NCBI GenBank assembly: GCA_905178155.1
Contig: CAJINV010000026.1
Coordinates: 204,289 to 268,288, forward strand
Source: Amoebophrya sp. A120
Taxonomy: Eukaryota > Protista > Dinoflagellata
Length of the DNA: 64,000 nt
Reading direction: 5' to 3'
Under the pieces are notes generated by a model. That model ran no database searches. It had not been told where the DNA came from and saw only the letters and a list, made by a program, of their open reading frames with translations. The position numbers were made by a program, and so were the translations under genes. Positions within the stretch are counted from its first letter, which is position 1. Every line of letters starts with the position of its first letter. This document shows, in pieces, positions 60,801 to 64,000 of this stretch.

Positions 60801-63800
60801 GTTTTTGAAGAAGTTGCACTACTCCCAGAAGTACTAGATGTTGGCGGTATCTCCGCCCGTAGTAGATCCAACAGAACCCTTTTCGCCAGCGGCAAGGGCG
60901 CGTCGTGCACCACCACCATGTTCTGTAACACCTTCAGCCCGATGAAATTCCGGCGTTTCTTGCACGACAGTTCCAATAACGGCGACATTAAAGATTCAAA
61001 CGTCTTCGCCCCGCTGGTCGCTAGTTGTGACGCAATCTGCTCGTTATTCGAAAACATCTGCTCTAAAACAAACTCGACAGAGCAAGAATCCGGCACTGCT
61101 ATCTGCGATGTTAATTCATCTAAAAACTCGAACAGCTCGAGTTGGTTCGCCGTGTGTTTCCTGACCGATTGCGCGAGTAACTGGCAAGCCAACGTCGTGA
61201 TGGAATTCGCGGCAAGCACGGCGGTGGTTGGAAAAGTCCCATATAAAATGCAAATATCATGTCTGGGTCTGGAAACCTGTGATGCTAAAATGTGGATGAC
61301 GGAACTACTTCCGAATGCAGCCCAGCATGAGAACATTCTAGAGCGCTTTCTCATACGCAATCCACATCAGAAACTGCCTTTTTGCATGACACAGTGGCTG
61401 CGACCTTATTTGTTGGCTCTGCAATACAGATTTTGCAGGAATGTAAAGCTAGCATTACAAGTTCCACTTTTCTAGACCCAGACGTGTTTGCATTTGATAT
61501 CCCCGACGTGTTGACCACCGCTTGCTGCTGTTCTAACAGCCAGTTGATGAGAATTCTCCGAAGGCCCAACGCGTATGACAGTGCACAGCTCCCCCTCCCC
61601 CTTATTTGTATAGCATGAACGGCAATACAAGCATCAGCAAGAGTGCTGCTTTTGCATGACAAATTTACACTGGGGCGTAGTGCTATTTGGGCCAATAGAA
61701 TTTGTCATGCAAGCAGTGCCATGATGCAGTGACTGGGTTCGGGGTTTTGCATGACAAATGAAGGGGAGGGGTAGTTGTGCACTTTCATAACGCGCGGAAA
61801 ATATCCTGGAACGGCGCGTCGGGCTCACTGCTGTCGCAGATCTTCTGTAAGTTCTGCTTGCTAGAAGCGCCACCAGCTCCCTGTAGAATATCAACCGTCG
61901 CTTCTGCGACGGTGGCTCCTCTACCACGCTTCACCACGCGACCGTATTCATCGATAAAAAGCGTCAAACTGCAAAGTTGCCTATCAACTGCAAATATGTC
62001 TGGGGCTGGAAACTTGTGATGCTGGGTGGCATATCATGAGGAGGCCGCAAGTGCTGTCTCCGCATGACAAGTTTCTGCGCTTCTAGGTGTTGCCTATTCT
62101 GCATGACAAACTGCGTTTTTGCACGACAGAGAGTGGGGCTCTTGGGTAACGTGCATGACAGATTTAAGACTCATGCAAGACAAGCATGACAAATATGCAT
62201 TCTTCCAGACCCAGACTACATTTTTGCATTTGATATTGCCGCAAGTCCGTTAATATCGTTGCCGTCCTTGCAAATGCCTTCTTGCTGTCGATCGCCAACG
62301 CCCACTTCTCAAACCCGGAGAGGTAGGCTTGGAGTTCCTGTGTTTGTTGCTTGATCTGTTCGAACAGGTGCCCGTCGGACTGGAGGTAGAGGAGTTGTAA
62401 ATCATTCTCCGCGGTGGTTAAACAGGTTTCTAATCTCGTCGTGTATTGGAAGAGCAGCGTCATACACGCGTTGGGCAACGTGTTTATTGTTTCTGCCGAT
62501 GAGCCAGCACCAGATCCGGCACTTCTACCTGTAGACGACAATGATGATGATGACGCCGCCACAGAAAACAACTCCAGAATTCTCGTCGCAAAGTCCGCAC
62601 CTTTGAACCGTGCGAAATCGACGTCGAAGCCCAGAAATTCCTCCTCAAACTGCGAAAAATCTCTTAACACCTCCACGGCGATTTTTGTCGTTAATATCGA
62701 TTTCTGCAGCTCCGTGTCCGTGCAGCAGGGAGAAATCATGTTCGATCTTTTCCCCCCTTCGCCGACGAAGAGAAATTGACTCGGTTGGGATTCATCCACC
62801 ACACAGTAGTACTTCAGGAAAATCTGGACCAAGCGGGTAACCACGGAATCCACAGCCAGATTGTGGATCACGTCCAGACAATGCAGCGCGGCGGACTTGA
62901 CATTATCGTGGTTGTTGGTGGTCGCTGCGGAAGTGGTCGCTTCATCTAAACTTTGACCGCCGCGGCCCAGGGCTTGCGACTGACGTTCTGGTTCGTTTCC
63001 AGTACCCCCATCGCGGTCGACAAGCTGCAGGAGCAGAGTTTTGTAGTCCATCACCTGCTTCTCATTTGTGTAAAATCCGTACTGGAGGAGGAGGCTAAGC
63101 TGCTTCAAGTATTCTACGGTTAGCAGGTTATTCTGGTACGCATCAGTTGTATTAGCGCCCGGTAGAAGTTCCGCAGCAGTCGCGGATGTTGTTGTCGCGC
63201 TGTTCCTGATCAAATGCCGGCGGATGCACTTTTCCAGCAACTTGAACTTGTTCGTTCCGACGGCAGTTGATGTTTGTTGCTGTCCAGATGTGGAGGAAAA
63301 CCCGTCCGGAAACAGCGCCTTCAAGTTTTCACTTTCACTCGTTACCGCTTTGGGCAAGAGAAAATTGCTACTCTCCGGTGTAGTTGAATTTTTCCCGGCT
63401 GATGTTGTTTCGTCGTTAAACAACGTTACCATCTCGACATCCTCTTGCTCCTCTAATAGCGGTTGATACGCTTTTATCCAAGAAAAAAACTGTGTTAGTG
63501 TAACTATCTTTGGCTGACAGCATTACAAATTTGCTATACATGACAGAGAAAACCTGTCATGCGTGGCTTGTAAGGGAAAACACACATGAAAAGAGAACTT
63601 CATGGCTGTCTCGCATGACAGGTGTAAGTCTGTTGCATGTTCTGCATTACAGATTTACACTTACACAGTTTTTTTCTTGCATAGCTTTACTCTTAAAAGA
63701 CGCTTTCAAAGAACTCCCGATGAATCCTCTAGGAGAGGAAAGTTGCGCCATTTCCCCCGCGGCATAGCAATTCGTCGTGTCACAAATCGCATTGCAAACT

Positions 63801-64000
63801 CCAGATTTGTTCGAATTCGGTAGTTGCGGGAACTTCTGCGAGTCTAACACCCGAACTTCCACCGGCGGTTCTAAATTCACGTGCAACAAATGGTCCACGA
63901 ACATGTTCGTCAAGAGCCGGCAAATCGCTGCTTGAAACGACTTCGGAAACGCGAGATAGTTACTGGTGGAAGAACTATTATTTCCAGCAAGACTCATTAA
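48810..64000 (-). CDS. ITPR: Inositol 1,4,5-trisphosphate/ryanodine receptor-family Ca2+-release channel, 5'-partial (2674 codons in window), 27 introners
   Basis: RIH-associated motif RFLQLLCEGHNSWMQEYLREQ and LDFLVELSQGPCSANQ; S6 FDVLFYVIIEVVLMNIIFGIIIDTFGALRDE; CFICNI; FEEHIKHEHNLWDYLFFLFYV..KDPTTFTGPEQ.V; DLSFFP..KALCL. 15191 nt minus 27 elements and DRs = 8022 nt, in frame to the window edge. Confidence 0.9.
48923..49086. mobile_element. Introner family G
   Basis: TIR TATG.ATTGCAAAAGCA.CG.ACT; DR CAGGT/TAAGT; restores DLSFFP. Confidence 0.85.
49574..49794. mobile_element. Introner family B
   Basis: Family B TIR; DR TAATG/TAATG. Confidence 0.87.
49840..50105. mobile_element. Introner family A
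   Basis: Family A TIR; DR CGGCG/CGGCG. Confidence 0.87.
50650..50858. mobile_element. Introner family B
   Basis: Family B TIR; DR CGTTC/CGTTC. Confidence 0.85.
51008..51223. mobile_element. Introner family D
   Basis: TIR TATGA.A.T.CACAACT.CCCCTCCCCCTCATTT; DR GCTCC/CCTCC. Confidence 0.88.
51617..51827. mobile_element. Introner family B
   Basis: Family B TIR; DR GTGGT/GTGGT. Confidence 0.9.
51979..52233. mobile_element. Introner family A
   Basis: Family A TIR; DR CCGGT/TCGGT. Confidence 0.88.
52846..53117. mobile_element. Introner family A variant (degenerate)
   Basis: TIR ATGCA..GCAAATAT..CTG..TCTGGA; DR TCCAT/TCCGA. Confidence 0.75.
53155..53406. mobile_element. Introner family A
   Basis: Family A TIR; DR CCATG/CCATG. 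Confidence 0.9.
53438..53745. mobile_element. Introner family C
   Basis: Family C TIR; DR TCCAA/TCCAA. Confidence 0.85.
53808..54065. mobile_element. Introner family A
   Basis: Family A TIR; DR CCGTA/CAGTA. Confidence 0.87.
54286..54547. mobile_element. Introner family A
   Basis: Family A TIR; DR ATCCA/ATCCA. Confidence 0.9.
54601..54863. mobile_element. Introner family A
   Basis: Family A TIR; DR TTCTA/ATCTA. Confidence 0.88.
54949..55616. mobile_element. Introner family C expanded by an internal minisatellite
   Basis: Family C TIR; DR CAGTG/CAGTG; 668 bp versus ~305-324 bp for other members. Confidence 0.87.
55035..55392. repeat. 42-bp GC-rich minisatellite (~8 copies) inside an introner
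   Basis: Unit ~GAACCTGAAGAAGAGGCAATCCGGCGCGCCCCGAACCGCCCC. Confidence 0.88.
56346..56599. mobile_element. Introner family A
   Basis: Family A TIR; DR CTCCT/CTCCT. Confidence 0.9.
56644..56853. mobile_element. Introner family B-like subfamily
   Basis: TIR TATCG.A.GAAAA....TGTCT...TCTCAA; DR CATGT/CATGT. Confidence 0.83.
56984..57203. mobile_element. Introner family D
   Basis: Family D TIR; DR ACGGT/ACGGT. Confidence 0.9.
57375..57695. mobile_element. Introner family C
   Basis: Family C TIR; DR CCACT/CCACT. Confidence 0.9.
57750..57958. mobile_element. Introner family B
   Basis: Family B TIR; DR AACTG/AACTG. Confidence 0.9.
58087..58306. mobile_element. Introner family D
   Basis: Family D TIR; DR AACGC/AATGC. 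Confidence 0.88.
58553..58814. mobile_element. Introner family A
   Basis: Family A TIR; DR GGCTT/GGTTT. Confidence 0.88.
58873..59124. mobile_element. Introner family A
   Basis: Family A TIR; DR TGCCG/TGCCG. Confidence 0.9.
59414..59737. mobile_element. Introner family C
   Basis: Family C TIR; DR CCTAC/TCTAC. Confidence 0.88.
61242..61499. mobile_element. Introner family A
   Basis: Family A TIR; DR TCCCA/TCCCC. Confidence 0.87.
61574..61789. mobile_element. Introner family D
   Basis: Family D TIR; DR ACGCG/ACGCG. Confidence 0.9.
61982..62235. mobile_element. Introner family A
   Basis: Family A TIR; DR TTGCC/TTGCC. Confidence 0.9.
63475..63683. mobile_element. Introner family B
   Basis: Family B TIR; DR GCTTT/GCTTT. 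Confidence 0.9.

Noticed and set aside
1933-63683. Many short ORFs sharing peptides such as CKNVWVWK, FQTQTFL, PDPDIF, CLGLE, SIWGGGIF
   Set aside because: These are translations of introner TIRs in various frames, not a protein family.
1933-63683. TA...TA ends suggesting a Tc1/mariner TA target duplication or Paramecium-type TA-IES
   Set aside because: The empty site at ~6894 has no TA, and frames are restored only by removing element+5 nt, so TA is part of the TIR. DNA-level excision itself is not excluded.
1-64000. Autonomous transposase, rRNA or tRNA genes
   Set aside because: No DDE, RT or recombinase ORF and no RNA-gene signature recognised by eye; a profile search would be needed to exclude divergent ones.

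Overview
Eukaryotic genomic DNA, most likely from a syndinean dinoflagellate of the Amoebophrya type. This is inferred from the intron architecture and the unidirectional gene layout, not proven. Every credible gene lies on the minus strand. The dominant feature is 59 complete non-autonomous elements, mostly 153-324 bp, in at least 8 terminal-inverted-repeat (TIR) families. Nearly all begin TAT(C/G) and end (C/G)ATA, and each is flanked by a perfect or degenerate 5-bp direct repeat (DR). All 59 interrupt reading frames. Removing the element plus one DR copy restores the frame; the 27 elements in an IP3-receptor-like gene give exactly 2674 codons. They therefore behave as introners (transposon-derived introns) with no GT-AG ends, and they occur in both orientations. 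All families, and the four GT-AG introns I could reconstruct, carry an internal TGTNATGC/GCATNACA motif. Reconstructed genes include a temptin-domain/cytochrome b561 protein with an internal exon+intron duplication, a large IP3R/RyR-type channel (5' part outside the window) lacking the GGGxGD filter, and several hypothetical proteins. The middle of the window is an intron-poor repetitive region with short coiled-coil/TM ORFs, degenerate segmental duplications and a 277-bp tandem array. All boundaries were read by eye and may be off by a few bases.
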